Below are positions 52,685 to 64,000 of a DNA stretch of 64,000 nucleotides, piece by piece. The stretch comes from Eledone cirrhosa (lineage: Eukaryota): assembly GCA_964016885.1 (NCBI GenBank), contig OZ024741.1, positions 405,232,001-405,296,000 of the forward strand, in the 5' to 3' direction. The notes under the pieces are model-generated. The model was not told the DNA's origin, ran no database searches, and saw only the letters and a list, made by a program, of their open reading frames with translations. Made by a program: the position numbers and the translations under genes. Within the stretch, counting starts at the first letter, position 1. The number at the start of each line of letters is the position of its first letter.

Positions 52685-53779
52685 ATGGCAGCCTCATCGG
52701 TTCCGAGAGAACTGCCAACAAATTACAAACTTACAGAGATTTATCACACAAAATGGTACTGTCCGAATTGTTATAATTCTCTTTCATACATCGGAAATGG
52801 CGCATATAGTCAAGTGTGTTCTGCAACCTGCGATAGTATTGAAGGCAAAGTGGCTATCAAGAAACTTACTCGCGCTTTCTTTGCTGTGGAGGAGTCGAAG
52901 AGAACATATCGAGAACTCCGTTTATTGAAACATATGAAACACAAAAATGTTGTGGATCTACTTGATGTTTTTACACCAGATTTGACTAAAATAGACTTTT
53001 CTGACTTATATTTCGTTTCTACGTTTTACTCGAAAGATTTGAAACATGTCATATTAAACGAAAGACTCGACACAGCTCGTGTTCGATCGATGGTTTATCA
53101 GATACTATGTGGTGTCCAGTATATTCATTCGGCCGGGGTTATACACAGAGACTTGAAACCGAGAAATATTGCTGTTACAGAGCGGGATTGTATTAAGATT
53201 TTAGATTTCGGTTTGGCTCGCTCTATTAGCAACGAAATGACGGGTTACGTGCAGACACGTTGGTACCGAGCACCCGAGGTGATTCTTAACTGGATGAAAT
53301 ACAACCAAACAGCCGATGTATGGTCCGTGGCCTGCATTATGGGCGAAATGTTTACAAGCAAGCCTTTAATTGCTGGTAAGTCTTTTACCGACCAAATCCT
53401 GAAGATCTTCAATTTAGTAGGGTCACCAAACAGTGAGACCCTAAAGAAATTTACGTGCAACGATATCGTTGAGTGTTTGAAAACATTTGATAAATGCGAA
53501 AGGCAGGATTTTAGTAAATATTTTCGAAATGTTGACGCCCAAGCTATCGATTTATTGGACAAAATGTTACAACTCGATGTTGACATCCGCTTGAATGTAG
53601 AAAATGCTTTGAAGCACGAGTTTCTTAAATCGGAATACGACCCTAAAGATCAAATAAGGGCAGAAGCGTTTGAAAACATCTTCGAAGACATGGACTTAAA
53701 TTTGAGCGAATGGAAAAATTTGGTTTTACAAGAAGTTCAAAATTTTAAGAGTTCCCGCAAATCTGATCCTGGAATGTGA
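52685..53779 (+). CDS. Intronless p38-family stress-activated MAP kinase (divergent), 364 aa
   Basis: Intact ORF with AAAAATGG start context. Motifs: VAIKKL, KRTYRELRLLKHMKH, HRDLKPRN, DFGLAR, TGY activation loop, TRWYRAPE, LNWM. Confidence 0.95.
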   Translation: MAASSVPRELPTNYKLTEIYHTKWYCPNCYNSLSYIGNGAYSQVCSATCDSIEGKVAIKKLTRAFFAVEESKRTYRELRLLKHMKHKNVVDLLDVFTPDLTKIDFSDLYFVSTFYSKDLKHVILNERLDTARVRSMVYQILCGVQYIHSAGVIHRDLKPRNIAVTERDCIKILDFGLARSISNEMTGYVQTRWYRAPEVILNWMKYNQTADVWSVACIMGEMFTSKPLIAGKSFTDQILKIFNLVGSPNSETLKKFTCNDIVECLKTFDKCERQDFSKYFRNVDAQAIDLLDKMLQLDVDIRLNVENALKHEFLKSEYDPKDQIRAEAFENIFEDMDLNLSEWKNLVLQEVQNFKSSRKSDPGM

Positions 53780-54321
53780 AAACAAAACATATTTACGAAG
53801 CCTTTTTTTATTATATATATATTTTTTTTTGTATTATTTTTTGTAATTTTTTTTTCTTTTAATAATAATAATAATAATAATAATGAAATTATTGTGTACA
53901 GTGCTCAGGTGCACTACAACTTATCAAAGGTGCATGTATAGTACATAGAATAATGTACAAATGTCAGGAAAATGAACAGTGTATGAGTCATGATATAATA
54001 ATAATATATTTATTTTTGTAGTTAATACCTTTAAATTCTAGCTGACTTTAAATGAAAAGAAATAAGGTCTAAAAACGAACTATATTAAATAATACGGAGT
54101 AAAAAAGGGGGAGGGTGGTATTTTCTATTGTTTATCAACTATGAGCTCCTGCTGATGTTATTTCCTTAATGGGAGATAACTCTTCAGTGATCTCCCTGAT
54201 TAACATATCACCTGAATGAATACCTACGTTCGTGGAGTGTGCCTGTCTGTCTATGTATATATAGAAAGACATGTATGTGTGTGTATATATATATAGACAT
54301 ATATGTGTATATATATATATG

Positions 54322-54493
54322 TAGGAACAAGTAGGACCCCGACGGCTGAGCTCAAGCCGTTTCGACGGCTAGTTCTGGAAACGGCTTGAGCTCAGCCGTC
54401 GGGGTCCTACTCGTTTCTATTACCCATTCTACTACCCTAAGTATTGAGTACATTGGTGCGTTATGGTCCTGGTTCCTTACCACATTTCCTTCG

Positions 54494-54495
<2 letters not shown>
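54322..54495 (+). mobile_element. Fold-back element family F1
   Basis: Inverted repeat plus GAAA-CGGCT(TGAGCTC)AGCCG-TC-GGGGTC and the shared tail. Confidence 0.72.
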
Positions 54496-54575
<80 letters not shown>

Positions 54576-54579
<4 letters not shown>

Positions 54580-54740
54580 GAAGGAAATGTGGTAAGGGAC
54601 CAGGTGGACCATAACGCACCAAAGTACTCGATACTTTGGGTAGTAGAGCGGGTAATAGGAAAAGGTTCAAGACCCAGACGGCAGAGCGCAAGCCGTTTCG
54701 ACGGCTTGAGCTCTGCCGCGGGGTCCTGAACCTTTTCCTA
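54576..54740 (-). mobile_element. Fold-back element family F1, opposite orientation
   Basis: Reverse complement of the F1 tail and half-HHR, across the same (TA)n. Confidence 0.72.
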
Positions 54741-55124
54741 TATATATATATATATAGGCACACACACACAAGTTTGAGTTTAACTTAACACGTCTAGTCA
54801 TGATCTCAATGTAAGATTACACCTTTTTTTCATTTTATTTTATTTTATTTTATTTTATTTATTTATATATATATATACATATATTTATTTTCTAAGTCCT
54901 ATTTCTACACACATTGAGGAAAATAGATGTTGTGTGCTTAGTATTTTCCAGTGCAAACTGTTATTACATTCCTCAGGTTCTATCATTTTACTTATCTGGA
55001 TGTTTTATGATGAGGTTACAGTATTGTCTAGTCACATTACCTGGATGTTTTGTAATAAGTTCATAAGAGGGTGCTCTAGCTTGTTGTAGTTTGCTTGAAG
55101 TATTGTGTTAGTGTGTAAAGCAGT

Positions 55125-55530
55125 TATATTATTTGAAGGCTACGAGATTACAAAGTAGATGGTAAATTTTGGAATAAATTGAAGGTAATAAAGTTGTTTC
55201 TGTGTCACCTGTTATTTCATTTAACTGTCCTAATATTTCTGGTTTACAATGCCTTCATCATAGGAAAATAATAAAGAAACTGGCTCAGAAATTGCACTTT
55301 TGCTGTTATAGGCACACCAAAAGAGGAAATAACATGGTGTGAGTATAACAACAAAAACACAAACTCCGAACCAGTTTCCTATATACAAACTTCTGATGAA
55401 GGGATTTCAGTTCTGAAATATTAGAGCAGGTAAATAGAAAAACAGGTGACACAACACCATTTTTGTTACCTTCAATTTATTCCTAAAATCTACGGTCCAT
55501 GTAGCATTGTTGCAGCCTTTGAATAACATA
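55125..55530. mobile_element. Old degenerate inverted repeat with HHR-like cores
   Basis: GGAATAAATTGAAGGTAA / TTACCTTCAATTTATTCC and TGTGTCACCTGTT / AACAGGTGACACA. CTGATGA..GAAA starts at 55393, with a mirrored TTTC..TCATCA at ~55226-55260. Confidence 0.55.
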
Positions 55531-55855
55531 CTATATTAAGTTTGTATTTCTCTTGTGATATTATGTGAGTGTGTTATAATAAGTCTATAGTTTTGGTATA
55601 GTGATATTACTTGGAGTTGTGATAAATCTATAGTTTTGTCTTGTAATATCGGAGATGACAGCACCAAGAAAATGTGAGGTGGTTCCTAAACTCTATAATG
55701 TTTAAAGCAATCTCCATAACATCACATATGTGAGAATATGTTTATTGCTATGATATTTTCTATTCAACCATCTGTATATGTATATATATATATGTGTGTG
55801 TGTGTACATATATATATATATGTGTGTGTGTATGTATATATATATATATATACAT

Positions 55856-55966
55856 ACAGTCCTATGCGAGCAAGACAACCACTCTTGCCTCAAGTGGGAA
55901 AACCCCCGTCCAAACCCATGCAAGCATGGAACACGGACGCTAAACCTTGATGATGATGATGATGAT
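55856..55966 (+). mobile_element. RTE 3' end fragment with (GAT)n
   Basis: Matches 44636-44750. Confidence 0.85.
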
Positions 55967-56102
55967 ATACATAGGTATGTGTGATATCTATTCTATCTAT
56001 TCTACCATACACGCACATACACAGATATGATATATATTACATATATATATGTGTGTGTGTGTATATGTATGTATGTATATGCATGCGTGATATCTACTCA
56101 AC

Positions 56103-56148
<46 letters not shown>

Positions 56149-56267
56149 CACATCTGTGTATGATATCTATACTAACATATATATATAGGTGAAGAGATGG
56201 ATAGATATATGTATATAATATCTGTTCCACCATATACAATGGCATATGATACCTATTATGAGATAAA

Positions 56268-57162
56268 GTCCACCATATATATATATTGATCTGACAGCTG
56301 TTCTACCACCTATCTATATTGATCTGTTCTACCACATATATATATTGATCTGACATCTGTTCTATCACCTATCTATATTGATCTAACATCTGTTCTATCA
56401 CATATATATATTGACCTGACATCTGTTCTATCACCTATCTATATTGATCTGACATCTGTTCTATCACATATATATATTGATTTGACATCTGTTCTACCAC
56501 ATATATATATTGATTTGACATCTGTTCTATCACATATATATATTGATTTGACATCTGTTCTATCACATATATATATTGATTTGACATCTGTTCTATCACA
56601 TATATATATTGATTTGACATCTGTTCTACCACATATATATATTGATTTGACATCTGTTCTATCACATATATATTGATTTTACATCTGTTCTATTACATAT
56701 CTATATTGATCTGACATCTGTTCTACCACATATATATATTGATTTGACATCTGTTCTATCACATATATATATTGATCTGACATCTGTTCTATCACATATC
56801 TATATTGATCTGACATCTGTTCTACCACCTATCTATATTGATCTGACATCTGTTCTACCACCTATATATATTGATCTGACATCTGTTCTACCACATATCT
56901 ATATTGATCTGACATCTGTTCTACCACATATCTATATTAATATGACATCTGTTCTACCACATATATATATTGATTTGACATCTGTTCTATCACCTATCTA
57001 TATTGATCTGACATCTGTTCTATCACCTATCTATATTGATCTGACATCTGTTCTATCACCTATCTATATTGATCTCACATCTGTTCTACCACATATTTAT
57101 ATTAATATGACATCTGTTCTACCACCTATCTATATTGATCTCACATCTGTCCCATCACATAT
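56268..57162. repeat. 33-bp minisatellite, ~27 copies
   Basis: Unit ATATATATATTGATCTGACATCTGTTCTA(T/C)CAC. Confidence 0.95.
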
Positions 57163-57881
57163 TTAAAGCCATAATGAAATGAAGCTCACAAAATCACATT
57201 CCCCTATCCATTTTTTTTTCATTGTTCCTTATAAATATGATATTTTTTGTTTAGAAAACAGTATTATTGTGTTTTGAAGTTTCCTAGTGGTATAGTATAC
57301 CAGACTGAGGTGAAAAGTTCATGTCTTGTATAGTATACCAGACTGAGGTGAAAAGTTCAGCCATTGCTGTTTTGCCCCCAGTTTACCATTGACTAAACAG
57401 ACCTATGGTCAAGAGTATCCCCGTCTTAATAATCTAGTCATTCTCAAGGATTACATAACTAAAACTACATTATCCAATGTATCCTTTTTTTAATTCACAT
57501 GCTTGAGCAGGGTATTATTTAGTTGCTATTTCTAGCAAAATGTGTAACCACATAGTGGTATGTCATATCCTGCTATTGTACATTACTAAATATATAACTA
57601 TATTTTCTTTTATTTAATAAGTCATAAATAATAATTACATGTGCATAGAAATATGGCAGATTAGCAGAATTATTACAGTGTCAGGTAAAATAGTTGCAGC
57701 ATTTGTTAAGGCTGTTTATATTCTGAGTTCAAATTCCACTAAGGTCAACTTTGATAGTACCAGTCAAGTAATGGGGTTCATGTAATTCTTTTTCACCTAC
57801 TTCAAATACTCCTTCCAGGAGGTCCTGTCAGAAGCAACTATCTCCAATTAATCCAGCTGGATCCCCAAGTATCCCTGAGCT

Positions 57882-59243
57882 CATCATCATCATCATCATC
57901 ATCATCATCGTCATCGTTTAACGTCCATCTTCCACGCTAGCATGGGTTTAGACGGGAATTGTCCCACTTGAGGCAAGATTGGTTGTCTCACTCGTATAGG
58001 ACTGTCTGGCAGGTTTTCTACAGCTGGATGCCCTTCCTAACACCAACCACGTTTACAGTGAGTGCTGGGAGGTTTTTACCTTGTTACCTACACGGCCACA
58101 TTACAGTGTGAACTGTCTGTTTTTTTTGTCATAACACCTACACGACCTCATTTATTTAGGACTGGATGTTGTGGTACCAACATAACTTAACAGAGAAAGG
58201 GTGGTGTTGATGGGGGTGGGATGGGGGTGTATTTTTGGTTAGGAGGTGCATACTGACTGTAGGTTTCGCTTTGTACTTAGGCAAGGCGGGTCTTCTGTAT
58301 AACTGTGTAGCGCCAAAGATCTCGGTCCAGTGACATTGTCTTAGAGAGGTGTAAGTGTGTAAGGTCGGAATTTATCAGATCGTCCCAGGTTTTTCTGGGT
58401 CTGCCTACTCCGTAGTAACCGTCTATTTTGATCGCCCTGCACTTTTTATACAGCTGTCATCTTTCATGCGCATCACGTGACCATACCAACGTAGTCTTCT
58501 CTCGAGTAAACAGCATCTTATTCCTAATTTCTCACTTAGTTCATTTATGCTTTGCCGTTCACGTATATTACTATTACACATCCGACGGAGCATGCAAGCT
58601 TCGTTCCTCTCCAGTCTGCGTATATCCTCTGCACACAAGGCCCATGTCTCACTGCCATGTAACATTGCTGTTCGTATGCAGGCATCATACAACCTGCCTT
58701 TCATTTTCAGAGAGAAACCTTTAGTGGCCAAGAGTGGTATAAGCTCTCTGAACTTTTTCCATCCCATTCTGACTCTAGCTACAGTACTTTTGGAGCCCGC
58801 TCCACCACTGCTGATTTTGTCACCCAGGTAACAGAAGGTGTCCACTATTTCTATAGAACCATCTTGGCAATGGAAGGAGCTAGTATCCTGTGGGCATTTG
58901 CAGCTACTTATTGCACCTGAGCACCGGCCACATATAAAATCTACATTCTTAGATAGATTACCTGTGATCCCACTACATCTTTGATGCACCCATACTTTGC
59001 ATTTGGGACATAAGATGGAGTTTCTGCCTACTTCTTTCCTACACATTGAGCATGGCCATTTCCCAGAGGGGGCTTGTGCCCTATTTTCCTTCCTACATAT
59101 TAGAACTTTAGTCTTAGACAAGTTAATTTTAAGCCCTTTTGATTCTAGGCCATGCTTCCAAGTTTGGAATTTCTTCTCTAGTTCAGCCATTGCTTCAGCT
59201 ATGAGCGTTAGATCATCTGCATATAGAAGTTCCCATGGGCATG
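57882..59243 (-). mobile_element. 5'-truncated RTE LINE, same family as 43501-44755
   Basis: CPWELLYADDL, PHD finger, FCYLGD, LRWYGHVMRM, 3' UTR, and (ATC)n on the plus strand. Confidence 0.94.
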
Positions 59244-59420
59244 CTAACCAACCATCTTGCTCGGGGTCTACCCCTGGATTTCTTGTCAGTGGGTTTTGCC
59301 TGTAAAATCTGCCTAGTGATTCTTTCCTGAGACATTCTAACCACATGTCCATAGTATCGGAGCTGTGATCTCTCAATTAGGAGGAGTGGCGGCTCTACCT
59401 GGAGTAACTCTCTGGTCTAC
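59244..59420 (-). mobile_element. Older RTE C-terminal fragment split by the younger RTE
   Basis: Alternative frame reads ERSQLRYYGHVVRMSQERITRQILQAKPTDKKSRGRPRARW. It appears to continue at ~57800-57880 (YLGIQLD*LEIVASDRTSWKEYL). Confidence 0.72.
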
Positions 59421-59633
59421 GAACTACATACTTTATTGAGTAACATTACTCTAAGCCACTTTCTGCTGGCCTTGTGCCTATATTAGAAAAAAATAATTGC
59501 AGGTACAATATCTCTACATTTTGTAGATAATATAGTGAGCTATTAATTCTTCATCTCTTCTGCAGGTATTTTCATGTGTTTCCAGCATAGTACACTTTGT
59601 TATAATTGGCTGACTTTACATATACCTGTTGGC

Positions 59634-62600
59634 AATGTATGTATGGAGTCATAACTACTGGGGGAGTCATAGGGGCACTGTCATAATGTATGTATGGAGT
59701 CATAACTACTGGGGGAGTCATAGGGGCACTGTCATAATGTATGTATGGAGTCATAACTACTGGGGGAGTCATAGGGGCACTGTCATAATGTATGTATGGA
59801 GTCATAACTACTGGGGGAGTCATAGGGGCACTGTCATAATGTATGTATGGAGCCATAACTACTGGGGGAGTCATAGGGACACTGTCATAATGTGTGTATG
59901 GAGTCATAACTACTGGGGGAGTCATGGGGGCACTGTCATAATGTATTTATGGAGTCATAACTACTGGGGGAGTCATAGGGGCACTGTCATAATGTATGTA
60001 TGGAGTCATAACTACTGGGGGAGTCATAGGGACACTGTCATAATGTATGTATGGAGTCATAACTACTGGGGGAGTCATAGGGGCACTGTCATAACGTATG
60101 TATGGAGTCATAACTACTGGGGGAGTCATAGGGGCACTGTCATAATGTATGTATGGAGCCATAACTACTGGGGGAGTCATAGGGACACTGTCATAATGTA
60201 TGTATGGAGTCATAACTACTGGGGGAGTCATAGGGACACTGTCATAATGTATGTATGGAGTCATAACTACTGGGGGAGTCATAGGGGCACTGTCATAATG
60301 TATGTATGGAGTCATAGGGGCACTGTCATAATGTATGTAAGGAGTCATAACTACTGGGGAAGTCATAGGGGCACTGTCATAATGTATGTATCGAGTTATA
60401 ACTACTGGGGGAGTCATAGGGACACTGTCAATGTATGTATGGGATCATAACTACTGTGGGAGTCATAGGACACTGTCATAATGTATGTATGGAGTCATAA
60501 CTACTGGGGGAGTCATAGGGGCACTGTCATAATGTATGTATGGAGTCATAACTACTGGGGGAGTCATAGGGGCACTGTCATAATGTATGTATGGAGTCAT
60601 AACTACTGCAGGAGTCATAGGGACACTGTCAATGTATGTATGGAGTCATAACTACTGGGGGAGTCATAGGGACACTGTCATAATGTATGTATGGAGTCAT
60701 AGGGACACTTTCAATGTATGTATGGAGTCATAACTACTGAGGTGTCATAGCGACACTATCATAATGTATGTATGGAGTCATAACTACTGGGGGAGTCATA
60801 GCGACACTATCATAATGTATGTATGGAGTCATAACTACTGGGGGAGTCATAGGGACACTGTCAATGTATGTATGGAGTCATAACTACTGGGGGAGTCATA
60901 GGGACACTGTCATAATGTATGTATGGAGTCATAGGGGCACTGTCATAATGTATGTAAGGAGTCATAACTACTGGGGAAGTCATAGGGGCACTGTCATAAT
61001 GTATGTATCGAGTTATAACTACTGGGGAGTCATAGGGACACTTTCAATGTATGTATGGGGTCATAACTACTGTGGGAGTCATAGGACACTGTCATAATGT
61101 ATGTATGGAGTCATAACTACTGAGGTAGTCATAGGGGCACTGTCATAATGTATGTATGGAGTCATAACTACTGGGGGAGTCATAGGGGCACTGTCATAAT
61201 GTATGTATGGAGTCATAACTACTGCGGGAGTCATAGGGACACTGTCAATGTATGTATGGAGTCATAACTACTGGGGGAGTCATAGGGACACTGTCGTAAT
61301 GTATGTATGGAGTCATAGGGACACTTTCAATGTATGTATGGAGTCATAACTACTGAGGTGTCATAGCGACACTATCATAATGTATGTATGGAGTCATAAC
61401 TACTGGGGGAGTCATAGCGACACTATCATAATGTATGTATGGAGTCATAACTACTGGGGGAGTCATAGGGACACTGTCAATGTATGTATGGAGTCATAAC
61501 TACTGGGGGAGTCATAGGGACACTGTCATAATGTATGTATGGAGTCATAGGGGCACTGTCATAATGTATGTAAGGAGTCATAACTACTGGGGAAGTCATA
61601 GGGGCACTGTCATAATGTATGTATCGAGTTATAACTACTGGGGAGTCATAGGGACACTTTCAATGTATGTATGGGGTCATAACTACTGTGGGAGTCATAG
61701 GACACTGTCATAATGTATGTATGGAGTCATAACTACTGAGGTAGTCATAGGGGCACTGTCATAATGTATGTATGGAGTCATAACTACTGGGGGAGTCATA
61801 GGGGCACTGTCATAATGTATGCATGGAGTCATAGGGGCACTGTCATAATGTATGTATGGGGTCATAACTACTGGGGGAGTCATAGGACACTGTCATAATA
61901 TATGTATGGAGTCATAACTACTGGGGGAGTCATAGGGGCACTGTCAATGTATGTATGGAGTCATAACTACTGGGGGAGTCATAGGGGCACTGTCAATGTA
62001 TGTATGGAGTCATAACTACTGGGGGAGTCATAGGGACACTGTCATAATGTATGTATAGAGTCATAACTCCTGGGGGAGTCATAGGGACACTGTCATAACG
62101 TATGTATGGAGTCATAACTACTGGGGGAGTCATAGGGGTACTGTCAATGTATGTATGGAGTCATAACTACTGGGGGAGTCATAGGGACACTGTCATAATG
62201 TATGTATGGAGTCATAACTACTGGGGGAGTCATAGGGGCACTGTCAATGTATGTATGGAGTCATAACTACTGAGGGAGTCATAGGGGCACTGTCATAATG
62301 TATGTATGGAGTCATAACTACTGGGGAGTCATAGGGGCACTGTCATAATGTATGTATGGAGTCATAACTACTGGGGGAGTCATAGGGGCACTGTCAATGT
62401 ATGTATGGAGTCATAACTACTGGGGGAGTCATAGGGACACTGTCATAATGTATGTATGGAGTCATAACTACTGGGGAGTCATAGGGGCACTGTCATAATG
62501 TATGTATGGAGTCATAACTACTGGGGGAGTCATAGGGGCACTGTCAATGTATGTATGGAGTCATAACTACTGGGGGAGTCATAGGGACACTGTCATAATG

Positions 62601-64000
62601 TATGTATGTAGTCATAACTACTGGGGGAGTCATAGGGGCACTGTCATAATGTATGTATGGAGTCATAACTACTGGGGGAGTCATAGGGGCACTGTCAATG
62701 TATGTATGGAGTCATAACTACTGGGGGAGTCATAGGGATACTGTCATAATGTATATATGGAGTCATAACTACTGGGGGAGTCATAGGGGCACTGTCATAA
62801 TGTATGTATGGAGTCATAACTACTGGGGGAGTCATAGGGACTCTGTCATAATGTATGTATGGAGTCATAACTACTGGGGGAGTCATAGGGGCACTGTCAT
62901 AATGTATGTATGGAGTCATAACTACTGGGGAGTCATAGGGGCACTGTCATAATGTATGTATGGAGTCATAACTACTGGGGGAGTCATAGGGACACTGTCA
63001 TAACGTATGTATGGAGTCATAACTACTGGGGGAGTCATAGGGACACTGTCATAATGTATGTATGGAGTCATAACTACTGGGGGAGTCATAGGGGCACTGT
63101 CAATGTATGTATGGAGTCATAACTACTGGGGGAGTCATAGGGACACTGTCATAATGTATGTATGGAGTCATAACTACTGGGGGAGTCATAGGGACACTGT
63201 CATAATGTATGTATGGAGTCATAACTACTGGGGGAGTCATAAGGACACTGTCATAATGTATGTATGGAGTCATAACTACTGAGGAGTCATAGGGACACTG
63301 TCATAATGTATGTATGGAGTCATAACTACTGGGGGAGTCATAGGGACACTGTCATAATGTATGTATGGAGTCATAACTACTGGGGGAGTCATAGGGACAC
63401 TGTCATAATGTATGTATGGAGTCATAACTACTGGGGGAGTCATAGCGGCACTGTCATAATGTATGTATGGAGTCATAGGGGCACTGTCATAATGTATGTA
63501 TGGGGTCATAACTACTGGGGGAGTCATATGACACTGTCATAACGTATGTATGGAGTCATAACTACTGGGGGAGTCATAGGGGCACTGTCAATGTATGTAT
63601 GGAGTCATAACTACTGGGGGAGTCATAGGGGCACTGTCAATGTATGTATGGAGTCATAACTATTGGGGGAGTCATAGGGACACTGTCATAATGTATGTAT
63701 GGAGTCATAACTACTGGGGGAGTCATAGGGACACTGTCATAACGTATGTATGGAGTCATAACTACTGGGGGAGTTATAGGGGTACTGTCAATGTATGTAT
63801 GGAGTCATAACTACTGGGGGAGTCATAGGGACACTGTCATAATGTATGTATGGAGTCATAACTACTGGGGGAGTCATAGGGGCACTGTCAATGTATGTAT
63901 GGAGTCATAACTACTGGGGGAGTCATAGGGGCACTGTCATAATGTATGTATGGAGTCATAACTACTGGGGAGTCATAGGGGCACTGTCATAATGTATGTA
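59634..64000. repeat. 51-bp minisatellite (48- and ~33-bp deletion variants), runs off the window
   Basis: Unit AATGTATGTATGGAGTCATAACTACTGGGGGAGTCATAGGGGCACTGTCAT, with a 616-bp higher-order repeat (60819 vs 61435). Confidence 0.98.

Noticed and set aside
54140-54200. Minus-strand CTGAAGA followed by a 9-bp hairpin
   Set aside because: Followed by ATCA rather than GAAA, with no convincing stems I or III; not called as an HHR.
57291-57359. 31-bp direct repeat with 38-bp period
   Set aside because: A simple local duplication with no further structure.
59572-63810. 17-aa repeat ORFs
   Set aside because: 51-bp minisatellite with frame-breaking variants.

Overview
Repeat-dense, AT-rich animal (eukaryotic) genomic DNA. 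The tRNA-SINE types, RTE LINEs with (GAT)n tails and abundant (TA)n/(CA)n suggest a cephalopod such as Octopus, but this is inference. Positions 1-29.5 kb hold a 33/34-bp satellite array plus a near-identical duplication with a 23,253-bp period that copies an RTE tail and the 3' 3.7 kb of a decayed Helitron. The complete Helitron is at 25765-32021 (minus strand). The only intact host gene is a single-exon, divergent p38-type MAP kinase (52685-53779). The rest is a deleted mariner with 103-bp TIRs, RTE, CRE and Penelope-like (PLE) fragments, SINEs and minisatellites of 33, 50, 51 and 75 bp. The most interesting hidden signal is a dense set of type I hammerhead ribozyme (HHR) motifs between 32 and 55.5 kb, from several unrelated sequence families and mostly embedded in (TA)n. 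They include a tandem pair 554 bp apart (retrozyme-like, possible circular RNA), a diverged copy with stem-II covariation, U3-A8 core variants, and many fold-back palindromes centred on or beside the ribozyme. No database searches were run; all structures were paired by eye.
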